Position numbers and translations under genes: made by a program. Under the pieces are notes generated by a model, which worked only from the letters and a program-made list of their open reading frames with translations, did not search any database and was not told where the DNA came from. This document shows, in pieces, positions 24,494 through 39,400 of a stretch of DNA of 64,000 nt. Origin of the DNA: Anaeramoeba ignava BMAN. Lineage: Eukaryota; Protista; Anaeramoebae. Location: the NCBI GenBank assembly GCA_028826165.1, contig JAPDFW010000079.1:186001-250000 (forward strand), read 5' to 3'. How positions within the stretch are numbered: the first letter of the stretch is position 1; every line of letters starts with the position of its first letter.

Positions 24494-27400
24494 ATGAGTC
24501 AACATACAACAACAATATTAATAGTTCTTGTTCAATTTCCAAAACAAAAGAAAAAAATAAAAGCAAAAATCTTTTTTGAAAATTTTGAATTATTTGTTCT
24601 TACAAAACAAAAACAATTTTCAGGTTTATCTTTTAAAATAGCAAAAAATCCTCGAATTCCTAATCTTATTCGTATTCAATTTCCTGAAGATACTTTGATT
24701 ATTGAATTTACAAATGAGGAAGATTTTTCTCAATTTATGAAAGATTATTCAAATATCAAACATTTATCATCCAAAAAGTCCAAAGAAAAATCCAAAGAAA
24801 AATCCAATGAAAAATCCAAAGAAAAATCCAAAGAAAAATCTAATCAAAAATCTAATGAAAAACCCAATGAAAAATCTAATCAAAAATCTAATGAAAAATC
24901 CAAAGAAAAATTAAATCAAAAATCTAATCAAAAATCCAAAGAAAAATCTAATCAAAAATCTAATCAAAAATCTAATCAAAAATCTAATGAAAAATTAAAT
25001 GAAAAATCTAATGAAAAATCCAAAGAAAAATCAAATCAAAAATCAAATCAAAAATCCAAAGAAAAATCTAATGAAAAATCAAATGAAAAATCAAATGAAA
25101 AATCAAATGAAAAATCTAATGAAAAATCAAAAGAAATTCATCAAGAAATTTATAAAGAAAATCAAGAAGAACTCAAAAAACAACAAAAAATTGAAAAAAG
25201 AAAGCAAATCCAAAAAGAAAAAGAACTAAAAAAACAAAAACAAGAAGAACGAAAAAAACAAAAAGAATTAAAAAAAATAAAGAAACAAAAGGAAAAAGAA
25301 TTAAAAAAACAAAAACAACAAGAATTAAAAAAACAAAAGAAATTAATAAAACTTGGAAAACAAAATCAAAATCAAAATCAAAATCAAAATCAAAATGAAA
25401 ATCAAAATCAAAATCAAAATGAAAATCAAAATGAAAATGAAAATCAAAATCAAAATCAAAATCAAAATCAAAATCAAAATCAAAATAAAAATGAAAATAA
25501 AAATGAAAAAGAAAATCAAAATAAAAATAAAAATGAAAAAGAAAATGAAAATCAAAATCAAAATCAAAAATCGAAAATCAAAAATGAAAATGAAAATCAA
25601 AATCAAAATCAAAAATCAAAATCAAAATCAAAATCAAAATCAAAATGAAAATCAAAATGAAAATGAAAATCAAAATCAAAATCAAAATCAAAATGAAAAT
25701 GAAGATGAAAATCAAAATCAAAATAAAAATCAAAATGAAAATGAAAATCAAAATCAAAATTCTCGTGAAAAAAGTCATAAAAAAAGTCATCATAAAAAAC
25801 ATACAAGAAAATCACATTCAAGAAATAAACAACAAGAAAAAGATATTAACCAAAACGAAAATTTGATGAAATACCCAGAAGAAAATGAACTCAATATCAT
25901 AAATATTTTGTTCAATACAAAAGAAAGCAAAAAAGAAATTAAAACTAGAGGAATTCCAAAAGAAGATCGAAAAACACTTGAAAATCCTTTTTTAAATCGA
26001 AAATTTCCAGTTAATGTTCTTAATTCGAGATTTCATAAAATATATTCAGCTGATTTAATATGTAAAATTGATGAATTTGATGTTGTTACAAAAAGTGAAA
26101 TTACAAGATCACGATATAACAAATATTTAGAGATAAATATCGAGTCTGAAATTGAATATCGATTAAAAATTAATTCCAGAAAGCATCGATATTTAGTTGA
26201 ATTTGAAAACAAGCAAGAAATGGAAAATTTTCTTGATGGATATAATTTAGCAAAATACAATCAAAATGTGAAAAAAAATACTGGAACTCCTCTAAAATAT
26301 CCTCAATTATTCTCAATAAAAAATGTTGAAAATTATTTAGATCAAGATGAGAATTCAAATGAAAATCTTTTCTCTTTAAAAACTGATATTGAATATCGAA
26401 TTGATCAAAAAATTGATCAAGAACCTCAAGCCTTTACGTTTGTGGATACTCAATCTGAAGAAAAGATTCCAAATCATTTACAAAAATTTCAGAAAAATTT
26501 TGGAACTGATGTTTATAACGTTGATATTCTTAATGAAACTTTTAGTATTTGCGACAAAGCTCAGATTGTAATTCAAGGATTATCTCTTGAGTTTATATCT
26601 CAAAAATATAATTCAGGTCAAGTTTTAGTTAGAAATATTGTTTTTTCTCATCACTTATCCAAATTAAAAATTGGCAAAATTAAATTTCCAGATTCTATAT
26701 CAATTATTATTTCATTTTCAAGTCATGAAGAAAGAGAACAATTTCATCAAGTTTTAAAAGAATTTCGTAAAATGGGAAGTAATGAAAATAATGAAAACAA
26801 TGAAAATAATGAAAATAATGAAAATAATGAAAACAATGAAAATATTCAAAATTATCAAAATAATGAAAACAATGAAAATAATGAAAATAATGAAAATAAT
26901 GAAAATAATGAAAATAATGAAAATAACGAAAATAATGAAAATAATGAAAATAATGAAAATAATGAAAATGATGGAAATAATAAAAATAATGAAAATAATG
27001 AAACAAATATTCAAAATTATCAAAATAATGAAAACAATAAAAATAATGAAAATGATGGAAATAATAAAAATAATGAAAATAATGAAACAAATATTCAAAA
27101 TTATCAAAATAATGAAAATAATGAAAATAATGAAAATAAAGAAAACAATGAAAATATTCAAAATTATCAAAATAATGAAAACAAAGAAAATAATGAAAAT
27201 AATGAAAATAATGAAAACAATGAAAATAAAGAAAATAATGAAAATAATGAAAATAATGAAAATAATGAAAATAATGAAAATAATGAAAACAATGAAAATA
27301 ATGAAAAATGAAAATAATGAAAATAATGAAAATAATGAAAATAATGAAAATAATAAAAACAATGAAAATAATGAAAATAATGAAACAAATATTCAAAATT

Positions 27401-30400
27401 ATCAAAATAATGAAAACAATGAAAATAAAGAAAATAATGAAAATAATGAAAAAAATGAAAATAATGAAAAAAATGAAACAAATATTCAATATGATCTTAA
27501 TCAAGTCCAATATGATATGACAAATAATGAATCTCAGCAAATCGATAATAAAGAACAAGATAATATTAAACAAATTGATAATAAAGAACAAGATAATATT
27601 GAACAAATTGATAATAAAGAAAAAGATAATATTGAACAAATTGATAATAAAGAACAAGATAATATTAAACAAATTAATAATAAAGAACAAGATAATATTG
27701 AACAAATTGATAATAAAGAACAAGATAATATTCAACAAATTAATAATAAAGAACAAGATAATATTAAACAAATCAATAATAAAAAAAAAGATAATATTAA
27801 ACAAATTGATAATAAAGAAAAAGATAATATTGAACAAATTAATAATAAAGAAAAAGATAATATTGAACAAATTGATAATAAAGAACAAGATAATATTCAA
27901 CAAATTAATAATAAAGAACAAGATAATATTCAACAAATTAATAATAAAGAACAAGATAATATTAAACAAATTGATAATAAAGAACAAGATAATATTCAAC
28001 AAATTAATAATAAAGAAAAAGATAATATTAAACAAATTGATAATAAAGAACAAGATAATATTCAAACAAATTAATAATAAAGAACAAGATAATATTAAAC
28101 AAATTGATAATAAAGAACAAGATAATATTAAACAAATTGATAATAAAGAACAAGATAATATTGAACAAATTGATAATAAAGAACAAGATAATATTAAACA
28201 AATTAATAATAAAGAACAAGATAATATTAAACAAATTAATAATAAAGAACAAGATAATATTAAACAAATTGATAATAAAGAACAAGATAATATTGAACAA
28301 ATTAATAATAAAGAACAAGATAATATTAAACAAATTAATAATAAAGAACAAGATAATATTGAACAAATTAATAATAAAGAACAAGATAATATTAAACAAA
28401 TTGATAATAAAGAAAAAGATAATATTGAACAAATTAATAATAAAGAAAAAGATAATATTGAACAAATTGATAATAAAGAACAAGATAATATTCAACAAAT
28501 TAATAATAAAGAACAAGATAATATTGAACAAATTGATAATAAAGAACAAGATAATATTCAACAAATTAATAATAAAGAACAAGATAATATTCAACAAATT
28601 AATAATAAAGAACAAGATAATATTAAACAAATTAATAATAAAGAAAAAGATAATATTGAACAAATTGATAATAAAGAACAAGATAATATTGAACAAATTA
28701 ATAATAAAGAACAAGATAATATTAAACAAATTAATAATAAAGAACAAGATAATATTGAACAAATTAATAATAAAGAACAAGATAATATTCAACAAATTGA
28801 TAATAAAGAACAAGATAATATTGAACAAATTAATAATAAAGAACAAGATAATATTAAACAAATTAATAATAAAGAACAAGATAATATTCAACAAATTAAT
28901 AATAAAGAACAAGATAATATTCAACAAATTAATAATAAAGAACAAGATAATATTAAACAAATTGATAATAAAGAACAAGATAATATTGAACAAATTGATA
29001 ATAAAGAACAAGATAATATTGAACAAATTGATAATAAAGAACAAGATAATATTCAACAAATTAATAATAAAGAACAAGATAATATTGAACAAATTAATAA
29101 TAAAGAAAAAGATAATATTGAACAAATTGATAATAAAGAACAAGATAATATTCAACAAATTAATAATAAAGAACAAGATAATATTCAACAAATTGATAAT
29201 AAAGAACAAGATAATATTAAACAAATTAATAATAAAGAACAAGATAATATTAAACAAATTAATAATAAAGAGCAAGATAATATTGAACAAATTGATAATA
29301 AAGAACAAGATAATATTCAACAAATTGATAATAAAGAACAAGATAATATTGAACAAATTAATAATAAAGAAAAAGATAATATTCAACAAATTAATAATAA
29401 AGAAAAAGATAATATTGAACAAATTGATAATAAAGAACAAGATAATATTAAACAAATTAATAATAAAGAACAAGATAATATTAAACAAATTAATAATAAA
29501 GAACAAGATAATATTAAACAAATTAATAATAAAGAAACAAGATAATATTGGAACAAATTAATAATAAAGAAAAGATAATATTAAACAAATTAATAATAAA
29601 AGAAAAAGATAATATTAAACAAATTAATAATAAAGAAAAAGATAATATTGAACAAATTAATAATAAAGAACAAGATAATATTAAACAAATTAATAATAAA
29701 GAACAAGATAATATTGAACAAATTAATAATAAAGAAAAAGATAATATTGAACAAATTAATAATAAAGAAAAAGATAATATTGAACAAATTAATAATAAAG
29801 AAAAAGATAATATTAAACAAATTAATAATAAAGAAAAAGATAATATTGAACAAATTAATAATAAAGAAAAAGATAATATTGAACAAATTAATAATAAAGA
29901 ACAAGATAATATTGAACAAATTAATAATAAAGAAAAAGATAATATTGAACAAATTGATAATAAAGAAAAAGATAATATTGAACAAATTAATAATAAAGAA
30001 AAAGATAATATTGAACAAATTGATAATAAAGAACAAGATAATATTAAACAAATTGATAATAAAGAACAAGATAATATTCAACAAATTGATAATAAAGAAC
30101 AAGATAATATTAAACAAATTGATAATAAAGAACAAGATAATATTGAACAAATTGATAATAAAGAACAAGATAATATTCAACAAATTGATAATATGAAAAG
30201 TAATATATCAAGTCAATTCTTAATGGAAAGTCAACAGGATGATGAAGACTTTGAAGATGAAACACAAAAACAAAAACAAAAAATTATAGTTAACAAAAGT
30301 CAGAATAACCAACAACAAAAAAAACATCAAGTTTTCATTTTCCAAGTTCAATTACTCAAGAAAAATTTGAAAAAATTGAATTCCGCTTTACTTCAACTTC

Positions 30401-31041
30401 ATATCAATCCAAACGAATTGATAATAAAATTTTCTAAAAGATCTGTTAAAATGAATCCTTCTAAAATTCAAATGGCAAAGAACTCAAAAAGACCTCTTAT
30501 TCTTCTAATCAAAGATAACTCAGAACAAAAATTAAAAGAAGTTATGGTTCAATTTAAATCTAAAAAAGAAATACTCCAATTCACAAACGAAATTAAGAAT
30601 CTCAAAAAAAATCAAAATTTACAAGAACATGAAAATGAAAATGAAAATGAAAATGAAAATGAAAATAAAAATAAAAATAATAATAAAAATTTACAAGAAC
30701 ATGAAAGAAACAAAAATCAAAAAAACAAAAGATTTCTTGAAAAAGATCACTTTTCAATAAAAAAAAGATTATCAACTGCTAAATTTTCTGTTATTCTTCA
30801 TGATCATAATTTTATTCAAATTGGTAAAACAGAAATAATTCTTAATTCACAAGAATTGAAAATTAAATACTTTGAAAATGTTAAAAGTTACGAAAGAAAT
30901 GCTCATAAAATTAATTTCTCAATCCCAAAACAAAAACTTTTTTTAGAATTAAATTTTGAATTTGAAAAATTTTATTTACTTTTTCAAGATCCAAAAGAAA
31001 TGACAAGATTTATTGAAATTTTCCAAAAAACTGAAAAATAA
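24494..31041 (+). CDS. Large low-complexity protein (~2180 aa if frameshifts are repaired) with about five PH-like modules separated by KSNE, NQ, NNE and 11-aa repeats
   Basis: Consecutive ORFs 24494, 25353, 26782, 27527 and 29548 swap frame inside repeats. The globular segments share a beta-rich pattern ending in an 'F.n.ee...F' helix; the PH-like call is inference. Confidence 0.6.
27538..30192 (+). repeat. 33-bp coding minisatellite, ~80 copies, unit I-[K/E/Q]-Q-I-[N/D]-N-K-E-[Q/K]-D-N
   Basis: Directly visible, e.g. 'attgaacaaattaataataaagaacaagataat'. Confidence 0.95.
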
Positions 31042-31284
31042 AAAAAAGATTTAGGAAATAATAATAATAATAATAATATTTTTTTTTAAAAGAAAAATGA
31101 ACAAAAAAAGGGGATCAAATTGATCGAATTTTTTTAATTTTCATTTTTTCATTTTTATATTTTTCATTTTTTCATTTTTTTTCTTTGTTATTTTTTTTTT
31201 TCCAACTCATTTTTATTTTTCTCAAATATAAAAAAAAAATTTTTTTTTTGATTTTTATAATCAAAATATTTTATTGATTATTAA

Positions 31285-34200
31285 ATGACACAAGACGAAA
31301 AAACATTAAAAATATTATTAATAGGAAATTCTCTTGTTGGAAAAAGCTCACTTCTTCTTCGTTTTTGTGATAACAGATTTAATGAAGACATGGGAACAAC
31401 AATTGGTGTTGATTTTAGATTTGCAAATATTTCTGTTGAAGGTGAATCAATACAATTACAAATTGTAAACGGAAAAAAACAACGATGAAACTTTTAATTT
31501 TAAATTTCAAGTTGCAAACTTATCAAACATTTATATTTAATTTTATAATTAATTTTATAAATAATTTTATAAATAATTTTATAAATAATTTTATAAATTT
31601 AATTTTATAAATAATTTTATAAATAATTTTATATATAATTTTATAAATAATTTTATAATTAATTTTATAAATAATTTTATAAATAATTTTATAAATAATT
31701 TTATATTTAATTTTATAAATAATTTTATAATTAATTTTATAAATAATTTTATAATTAATTTTATAATTAATTTAATAAATAATTTTGTAAATAATTTTGT
31801 AAATAATTTTATAAATAATTTTATATTTAATTTTATAAAAATAATTTAATATAATTTTATTAAATAATTTTATAAATAATTTAATATATAATTTTATTAA
31901 TAATTTTATAAATAATTTTATAAATAATTTTATAAATAATTTTATAAATAATTTTATAAATAATTTTATAAATAATTTTATAAATAATTTTATAAATAAT
32001 TTTATAAATAATTTTATATTTAATTTTATAAATAATTTTATATTTAATTTTTATAATTAATTTTATAAATAATTTTATAACAATTTTATAAATAATTTTA
32101 TAAATAATTTTATAAATAATTTTATAAATAATTTTGTAAATAATTTTATAAATAATTTTATATTTAATTTTATATATAAATAATTTTATAAATAATTTTA
32201 TAAATAATTTTATAAATAATTTTATAAATAATTTTATAAATAATTTTATAAATAATTTTATAAATAATTTTATAAATAATTTTATAAATAATTTTATAAA
32301 TAATTTTATAAATAATTTTATAAATAATTTTATAAATAATTTTATAAATAATTTTATAAATAATTTTATAAATAATTTTATAAATAATTTTATTAATAAT
32401 TTTATATATAATTTTATAAATAATTTTATAAATAATTTTATAAATAATTTTTATATAATTTTATAAATAATTTTATAAATAATTTTATAAATAATTTTAT
32501 AAATAATTTTATAAATAATTTTATATATAATTTTATAAATAATTTTATAATTAATTTTATAATTAATTTAATAATTAATTTTATAAATAATTTTATAATT
32601 AATTTTATAATAATTTAATAATTAATTTTATAAATAATTTTATAAATAATTTTATAAATAATTTTATATTTAATTTTATAAATAATTTTATAAATAATTT
32701 TATATATAATTTTATAAATAATTTTATAAATAATTTTATATTTAATTTTATAAATAATTTTTAATTTAAATAATTTTATAAATAATTTTATAAATAATTT
32801 TATAAATAATTTTATTAATAATTTTATAAATAATTTTATAATTAATTTTATATTTAATTTTAATTAATAATTTTAATTTAATTTTATAAATAATTTTATA
32901 AATAATTTTTTTTTAATTTTATTTAATTTTATATTTAATTTTATATTTGATTTTTATATTTGATTTTATAAATAATTTTATAAATAATTTTATTAATAAT
33001 TTTATATTTAATTTTATAAATAATTTTATAAATAATTTTATAAATAATTTTTATAAATTTTATAATTTTATAAATAATTTTTTATAAAATAATTTTATAT
33101 TTAATTTTATAAATAATTTTATAAATAATTTTATAAATAATTTTATATTTAATTTTATAAATAATTTTATAATTAATTTTATAATTAATTTTATAAATAA
33201 TTTTATATTAATTTTTAATAATTAATTTTTATAAATAATTTTATAATTAATTTTATTAATAATTTTATAATTAATTTTATAAATAATTTTATAATAATTT
33301 TATATTTTTTTATATTTAATTTTATAAATAATTTTTTATATTTAATTTAATTTTTTATAATAATTTTATATATAATTTTATAAATATTTTATTAATAATT
33401 TAATAAATAATTTTATAAATAATTTTATAAATAATTTTATATTTAATTTTATAAATAATTTTATAATTAATTTTATATTTAATTTTTATAAATAATTTTA
33501 TATTTAATTTTATAATTAATTTTATATTTAATTTTATAAAATATTTTATATTTAATTTTATAAATAATTTTATAAATAATTTTATAAATAATTTTATAAA
33601 TAATTTTATAATTAATTTTATAAATAATTTTATAAATAATTTTATAAATAATTTTATAAATAATTTTATAATTAATTTTATAAATAATTTTTATTAATTT
33701 TATAAATAATTTTATAAATAATTTTATATTTAAATTTTTAAATAATTTTATAAATAATTTTTATAAATAATTTTATAAATAATTTTATATTTAATTTTAA
33801 ATAATTTTATAATTAATTTTATAAATAATTTTTATATTTAAATTTATAAATAATTTTATATTTAAATTTTAAATAATTTTTTATAAATAATTTTTATAAA
33901 TAATTTTATAAATAATTTAATATATAATTTTATAAATAATTTTATAATTAATTTTATAAATAATTTTTATAAATAATTTTATATAAATAATTTTATAAAT
34001 AATTTTTATTTAATTTTATATTTAATTTTATATTTAATTTTATATATAATTTTATAATTAATTTTATAAATAATTTTATATAAATTTTATAAATAATTTT
34101 ATAATTAATTTTAATTTTATAAATAATTTTATAAATAATTTTTATAAATAAATAATTTTATATTTAATTTTATAAATAATTTTATATTTAATTTTATAAA

Positions 34201-36245
34201 TAATTTTATATAAAAATAATTTTATATTTAATTTTATAAATAATTTTATAAATAATTTTATATTTAATTTTATAAATAATTTTATAATTAATTTTATAAA
34301 TAATTTTTATAAATAATTTTATAAATAATTTTATAAATAATTTTATAAATAATTTTATTAATAATTTTATATTTAATTTTTATAAATAATTTTATAAATA
34401 ATTTTATAAATAATTTTATAAATAATTTATATATTTTTTATATATAATTTTATAAATAATTTTTTATATTTAATTTAATAAATAATTTAATATTTAATTT
34501 TATATTTAATTTTATAAATAATTTTATAAATAATTTTATAAATAATTTTATTAATAATTTTATAATTAATTTTATATTTAATTTTATAAATAATTTTATA
34601 AATTAATTTTATATTTAATTTTAATATATAATTTTATAAATAATTTTATATTTAATTTTATAAATTAATTTTATAAATAATTTTATATTTAAATTTATAA
34701 TTAATTTTATAAATAATTTTATAAATAATTTTATATTTAATTTTATAAATAATTTTATAAATAATTTTATATTTAATTTTATAAATAATTTAATAAATAA
34801 TTTAATATTTAATTTTATAATTAATTTTATAAATAATTTTATAAATAATTTTATAAATAATTTTATAAATAATTTTATAAATAATTTTATAAATAATTTT
34901 ATAAATAATTTTATAATTAATTTTATAAATAATTTTATAAATAAATTTATAAATAATTTTATATTTAATTTTATTAATAATTTTATAAATAATTTTATAA
35001 ATAATTTTATAAATAATTTTATAAATAATTTTATAAATAATTTTATAAATAATTTTATAAATAATTTTATAAATAATTTATAAATAATTTTATAAATAAT
35101 TTTATAAATAATTTTATTTAATTTTATAAATAATTTTATAAATAATTTTATAAATAATTTTATAATTAATTTTATAAATAATTTTATAAATAATTTTATA
35201 AATAATTTTATAAATAATTTTATAATTAATTTTATAATTAATTTTATAAATAATTTTATAAATAATTTTATATTTAATTTTATAAATAATTTTATAATTA
35301 ATTTTATAAATAATTTTATAATTTAATTTTATAAATAATTTTATAATTAATTTTATAATTAATTTTATAAATAATTTTTATATTAAATTTTATAAATAAT
35401 TTTATAAATAATTTTATATTTAATTTTATAATTAATTTTATAAATAATTTTATATTTAATTTTATATTTAATTTTATATTTAATTTTATATTTAATTTTA
35501 TATTTAATTTTATATTTAATTTTATAAATAATTTTATATTTAATTTAATATATAATTTTATAATTAATTTTATATATAATTTTATAAATATTTTTATTAA
35601 TAATTTAATAAATAATTTTATAAATAATTTTATATTTAATTTTATATTTAATTTTATTAATAATTTTATAAATATTTAAAGTGGGATACTGCTGGACAAG
35701 AACGTTTTAGAACAATAACAGGAACATATTACCGTAATGCAGATGGAATTATGGTTGTTTATGATGTAACAAATCAAGAGACTTTTGATCAAGTTAAACA
35801 TTGGTTTTCTGAAATTAAATCAAATGCTCCTGATCATGTTGCTACAGTTTTAGTTGCAAATAAAATTGATTTAGTTAAGAGTAGATTAGTCTCAACTGAA
35901 TCTGGAGAAGTTCGTTTTTATTATTTTTATTCTTATTTTGGATTATTTTTAATTTTGTTAATTTTGTTAATTAGAAACTTGCTAAACAAGTTAAAAGTTC
36001 ATATTTTGAAGTTAGTGCAAAAACTGGTGATAATGTTAGTAATGCTTTTCAAGAACTTGGTGAAATGACTTATAAAGCGTATATAAATTTTTATATTTTT
36101 GAAAATTTCATGTTAAAATTTAAAAAATTTAAAAAAATTTTAAAAAAATTTTAAATCAAAAAGTTGGTCTCAAATCCAAAATGTAAATGAAAAAAATACA
36201 GTTAATTTCTCAAATAAAAAAAAAGATAAATCTGGATGTTGTTGA
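31285..36245 (+). CDS. Rab GTPase (Rab1/8-like clan); exons 31285-31464, 35682-35909, 35975-36078, 36164-36245
   Basis: G1 GNSLVGKS, switch I TIGVDF, LQI|[13 protein letters not shown] across intron 1, NKID, EVSAK and C-terminal SGCC*. All three introns are GT-AG and phase-consistent. Confidence 0.95.
31532..35675. repeat. A/T-only 12-bp satellite (TAATTTTATAAA)n filling Rab intron 1 (31465-35681, 4217 nt)
   Basis: Roughly 340 degenerate units with almost no G or C. Confidence 0.95.
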
Positions 36246-36463
36246 AATGGATTCTAAAACAAAACAAAACATTTTCATTTTGATTTTGATTTTGATTTTG
36301 ATTTTGATTTTCTTCAAATTTTTTTTTTTATTCGAAATTTACTTCTTTTATTGGAAAAGAAGAAGCAAAATTCAATTCTTTTCAATAATAAAAACAATTT
36401 TGGTTGGTTTGTTTTATTTATGTTTTATTTTTATTTTTTATGTTTTATTTTTATTTGATTTTA

Positions 36464-39400
36464 TTAATTTTGTGAAATTAAAGATTGAACATATTCTATT
36501 GCTTTTTGTTTAACATATTCAACTCTTTCATCATTTCCTTCTTCTTTTTCATATTGCAAATATCTTTTAAAGAAAAATTTAATCTTTTTTGATGAAACAT
36601 TCAATGTAATTACTCTTTCAAATAAATTTCTAATCATTTGTTGATCTCCCTTTTTAATTTCCATATCAAGATAAACAGACCATAAATCAACTCTTTTAGG
36701 ATAATTAGTGAGAATTCCTTCAAAAATTGTTCTTCCTCTTTCAGCTGAACCAAATTTAAATTCATATTGACCAAATTTGGAAATGATCATGATATGCTTT
36801 CTTTTTGGTGCACTTTTCAATGCATTTTGTAAAACTTGTCTTCCTTTTTCAATTCCAAAATGTTTGATTTGAAAAATTCCATATGATTTCCAAACTTTTG
36901 CACTTTGTCCAAATTTCTTGCAAAATCTTTGATAAATCTCATCACACAATTCAATTTTTTCGTTGTTTTCAAGAATTCCAACAAAATGGAAATAAATCTT
37001 CTTTTGGTTGTTGAATTGAAGTGCCTTTTCAAATAGTTTCATCATCTTCTCTTGCTCTCCATATTGTGATTCCAAATTCAAATAAGCAACCCAAATGTTC
37101 ATTCTTTCGTTTTCTTCTCGGAAATTTATTGTTTTGAGTGCTCTTTCGCAAATTTGTCTTGCTTTTTCAATATTATCCATCGAAATGCAAAAAGCAATAT
37201 ATTTGATCCAAATATAACTATTGTTCGGAGAGGAAACAACCAATCTTTCGTATTCTTCTCCAGTTTCTGGTGGCTTTTTTGATTCAATCATTTCTTTTTC
37301 TTTTTCATAAATTTCTTGTTCTTTTTTTTTTCGATTTTTTTGCTTTTCTGTTTTTTCATCTTTTTTTTTGTTTGATTTTTGGTTACGATTTTCTTTTTCC
37401 TCAAACATGACATCATCCCATTCAAAACCAACATCAATATCCATTTGATTTGATTGTTTTTCATTTTGATCAGAATCGTCATCACTTTCATCATCAAGAA
37501 TATAACTTTCATCACTTTCATCACTTTCATCACTTTCATCAATTTCTTTGAGTTCCTTATATTCCATAATATCATTTTCTTCATTTTCATCATTTTCTTC
37601 ATTTTCATCATTTTCTTCATTTTCTTCCTTTTCAATTACTTTCGAAAAAATTCTTTTGTTCTCTTTATCAATATTCAAAACTTCAATTAATACTTTATCC
37701 TTTTTTTTATATTCTTGTTCAAGTATTTTTTTCACTTTTTTTGCGTTCATTCCTTTATAATTTTCATCTTTCAAAAATACATTCATAGAAATAAATCCCT
37801 TCATTTGAGAATCTTTGATATTAACAATCATTCCCTTTTCAGAAATAACGAACACAGTTGCTTCACAAATCTGACCTTTATTAAAATCATCAATGGAGAG
37901 TATTTTAAATCCCAAGGAAGATAATCTTAAATCCAATTTGACTTTATTATTTGATTCTTGAATTTCTATAACTTTTCCATAAACCAACTTTCCTGGTCTA
38001 AAAACAGCACTAATTTTGGTAATAAAATCATCTGATAAATATCCAGTTTGAGCAAATCCTTTTGCATTCCCAGAAATTCGAATCAACACTTGATTATTTG
38101 TTGTTCGATAAACATAACCAGCAACAATATCTCCAATTTTAAAATCTTTAATTTTTCGAACATCTTTTTTCCTTCGATGATCAATTTTCTCAATTTTGAT
38201 ATCATATTGTGATTTGTTGATATTTTTTGGTTCTTGGATTTCCAAATCATTTTCCATTATTGTTGGATCTATTAAATTAATTTTTGATTTTCTAAGTGAG
38301 AGTTCAATAATATGTCCTTTTTTTCCCAAAACATAACATTGAAAACTTTGGCCTTCTTCAATATTGATTCTTTTTTGTTTTGCTTTCTTTTTCTTATTTT
38401 TTCTTTTTGAATTTTGCAAATCATCTTCATCTTCATCATCTTCTTCTCCAAGTGGATAACTGACTAATTGATCATTTAATTCAGTTAAAAAAACAAATCC
38501 AATTTGATCATTTTCGAGTTTGAATCGAACACCTTTTGATGGAATAATTTTATCAACAATTGCTGAAACAACACTTCCAACTTTAAAATATTCATTTTCA
38601 TTTTCATTTTCATTTTCATTTTCATTTTCATTTTCATTTTCATTTTCATTTTCATTTTCATTTTCATTTTCATTTTCATTTTCATTTTCTTCATATTTTG
38701 CTCGTTTCATTGAAAGTACTAAACGTTTATTTTCAACATCAACAAATCCAATCTTAACTTTAACGGCTTGACCACAAAAGAAATATTTAGAAAGTTTCCT
38801 CAATATTTTTGGATCATCAGAAATTTCAGATGATTTTACTTTTCCTCTTGCAATTGGAGAAAGAGCAACAAAAACACAATCTTCTTGGATTTCTTGAATA
38901 AAACCAACAGCAATTTGGTCCTTTTCAAATGAATGAAACCCGAATTTTTGATCCAAACCAAGCTTTGAAAATTCATCAAGAATTGATTTTGTTTTTTTTG
39001 AAGAAGAAAGTAGTGAAGGTTTAATTGATAATTCGAGATATTTTTTGACTAGATTTGGTTCTTGTGTTTGATGTTCATAAATTCCAAGAACGCGCGCCTC
39101 AATTTCATCTCCTTCATTGAATTGATCAAATGCACGCGCCTTTTTGCCAGGGAATGTATCAAAAACTTGAGTAATGTGGATTCGACCTCGAATTTCTGCT
39201 GTGATTCTTATGTTCATTTGACAATCATAAATATTGGTGATTTTTCCTTTCACAATTTCTCCTGTTTTAATTTCCTCAATCCTTTTAAATTGGTTTTCTT
39301 GCTTTTTCCTTTTGTTTCTTATCAGTTGGCTTTTATCTGGAACCATTTCATCTTCATCCATTGCCAATATCATTCTTTGAGGCTGAATTTTGAGCTGTTT

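Noticed and set aside
27538-30192. CRISPR-like appearance of the 33-bp repeat (and of the ~30-bp core with spacers at 22685-23030)
   Set aside because: The 33-bp units are contiguous with no unique spacers, the other array has low-complexity spacers, there are no cas genes, and the context is eukaryotic.
26707-30196. Long hydrophobic antisense ORFs (FFIINLFNIIL)n and alternate-frame (NKLIIKNKIIL)n ORFs
   Set aside because: Automatic consequence of a stop-free 33-bp repeat; they have no unique sequence of their own.
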